A stretch of 32,000 nt of DNA, from positions 390,001-422,000 of the forward strand of contig NW_008806281.1 of the NCBI RefSeq assembly GCF_000400465.1, written 5' to 3'. Below, piece by piece: positions 30,263 to 32,000 of this stretch. Both the position numbers and the translations under genes were made by a program. Each line of letters opens with the position of its first letter. Within the stretch, counting starts at the first letter, position 1. The stretch comes from Wallemia ichthyophaga EXF-994 (lineage: Eukaryota > Fungi > Basidiomycota). Under the pieces are notes generated by a model. That model did not search any database and was not told where the DNA came from. It was given only the letters and a program-made list of their open reading frames with translations.

Positions 30263-32000
30263 ATGGTTTGTAGGGATGAGCACCTATCCAAGCTATTTAA
30301 CACACGTTCCAGTCATTCCCAGTAGATCTCTCTAAATTCCAAAGCTTAAAATTAGACTATACGTGAGTGATTTGTTTCCGCTTACTAAATCGTCTGACAA
30401 ATGACGATTCAGACGCCCAAATCTCTCTGAGCAAGAGAAAAGCGCTCTTTTAGCCAACATCAACATCTTCCGTGATGCCATCGTCGCATTCTCTGCCACT
30501 GGTGCGTCATTGATGCGTACTCCAACGCGACTCCCGCTTACGTAGCCATCCAGGTGCCGCAAGAGGTGTGTCTGGCCACACTGGTGGACCATTCGACACT
30601 GCCCCAGAAGTCTGTATCCTCCTCGCTCTCATTAACGCAAACCCTGAAAAGTTCATCGACACCTTCTTCGATGAAGCTGGCCACCGTGTAGCAACCCAAT
30701 ACCTTCTCTCCACTCTCGACGGACACATCGATCCAGAGCACCTCCTCAACTACCGTGAAGCCAACTCGAAGCTCCCTGGTCACCCTGAGTTAGGTCTCAC
30801 TCCAGGTGTAAAATTCTCTTCTGGTCGTCTCGGACACATGTGGGCTATGATCAACGGTGTTGCTCTCGCCAACAAGGACAAGAATGTCATCATGTTGGGG
30901 TCTGACGGTTCCCAGCAAGAAGGTGACGATGCCGAAGCTGCTCGTCTCGCCGTCGCCCAAAACCTCAACGTCAAATTGTTCGTTGACGACAATGACGTCA
31001 CTATCTCTGGTCACCCATCAAAATACATGAAGGGCTACTCTGTTGCAAACACCCTCCAAGGTCACGGCTTGAAGGTTGTGCGCGCTGAAGGTGAAAACAT
31101 CGATTCTCTCTACAAGGCTGTCTGTGAGGTCGTTGCGCACGATGGTCCAGCTGCCGTCGTATCTTCAAGAAAGATCGCTCCGGAAATCGAGGGCATCGAA
31201 GGTGAATCTCACGCTCACGATGTCATCCCTGTCGCCGTTGCCAAGAAGTACCTCACCAAGCGTGGCTATTCTGAAGACCAGCTCAAGTTCTACGACAACA
31301 TCAAGCCAAAAGCTTTCAGCTACGAATACAAGGGTGCCACCTCCGACAAGGGCGCCAACAGAGTCATCTTTGGTGAGGCCGTCAACTCTGTCCTCGACAA
31401 GCTCTCAAAGGAGGAAGCTGCCAGACGCGTAATGGTTATCGACTCGGATCTTGAAGGCTCAACTGGTTTGAAGGGTATCCACTCTGCCCACCCTGAAGTT
31501 TTCGTTCCATCTGGTGTCATGGAGCGTGGTAACTTCTCTGCTGCCGCTGGTTTCGGTTTCGGTGGTAACGGTGAGCGTCAAGGTGTTTTCTCTACCTTCT
31601 CAGCTTTCTTGGAAATGTGCTTGTCTGAAATGACCATGGCTAGACTCAACCACTGTAACGTTCTCTGCCACTTCTCTCACTCTGGTGTTGATGAAATGGC
31701 TGACAACACCTGTCACTTTGGTTTGAACCACTTCTTCGCCGACAACGGCTTAGAAGACACCGCACCAACAAGCCTCTACTTCCCAGCTGACGGTGAGCAA
31801 ATGAAGGCTATCGTCAACACCGTTTTCTGGAACGAAGGTATTAGAATTGTCTTCTCTACCCGTTCAAAGGTTCCATATATCCTCAAGCAAGGCACTCAAG
31901 ACAAGCTTTTCGGCGGTGACTACAAGTTTGTTCCAGGAAAGGAAGAAGTTGTAAGAACTGGTTCAGCTGGTTACGTCATCTCATTCGGTGACATGTTGCA
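30263..32000 (+). CDS. Thiamine-diphosphate-dependent transketolase-family enzyme, non-canonical type (3' partial; introns 30266..30312, 30363..30412, 30502..30553)
   Basis: GHTGGPFD, DEAGHRV, LPGHPE, SSGRLGH, ThDP motif SDGSQQEG-...-DDND, DSDLEGS, GVMERGN. The frame stays open to the window end and is rich in C-ending codons. Confidence 0.9.

Noticed and set aside
1-32000. tRNA, rRNA, CRISPR arrays, transposon terminal repeats
   Set aside because: No T-loop/cloverleaf, rRNA-like sequence, regularly spaced repeats or terminal inverted/direct repeats were seen on manual reading. A tRNAscan-SE or Infernal run would be the decisive check.

Overview
Very gene-dense fungal genomic DNA. Short GT-AG introns (about 44-71 bp, with CTAAC/CTGAC/CTCAC-like branch sites) and tiny intergenic gaps point to a compact basidiomycete genome, Wallemia-like (inference only, not a database result). 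By hand-splicing I can support about 21 protein-coding genes, mostly housekeeping: MET2 (5' partial), a small SERTA/Ecm13-like protein, SED5, an ankyrin+CCCH protein, a CSC1/OSCA channel, RPN5, a BCL7/Rtt102-like protein, EFM3, a spliced 147-aa orphan missed by the ORF track, SHY1, an EF-hand myosin-light-chain-like gene, RPB6, a 608-aa low-complexity protein, TFG2, SCAP/SCP1, SSL1, a ZCCHC9-like protein, BOS1, UPF1, RNH1 and a non-canonical transketolase-family enzyme (3' partial). I found no tRNA, rRNA, CRISPR array or mobile element. The most unusual signal is architectural. SHY1 and the EF-hand gene diverge from one palindromic CATG, with overlapping start codons or at most 7 bp between them. 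Another divergent pair is 18 bp apart. A possible small gene shares a palindromic TTAA stop with SED5. I see no clearly novel multi-gene system. Family assignments rest on remembered motifs and need HMM/BLAST confirmation.
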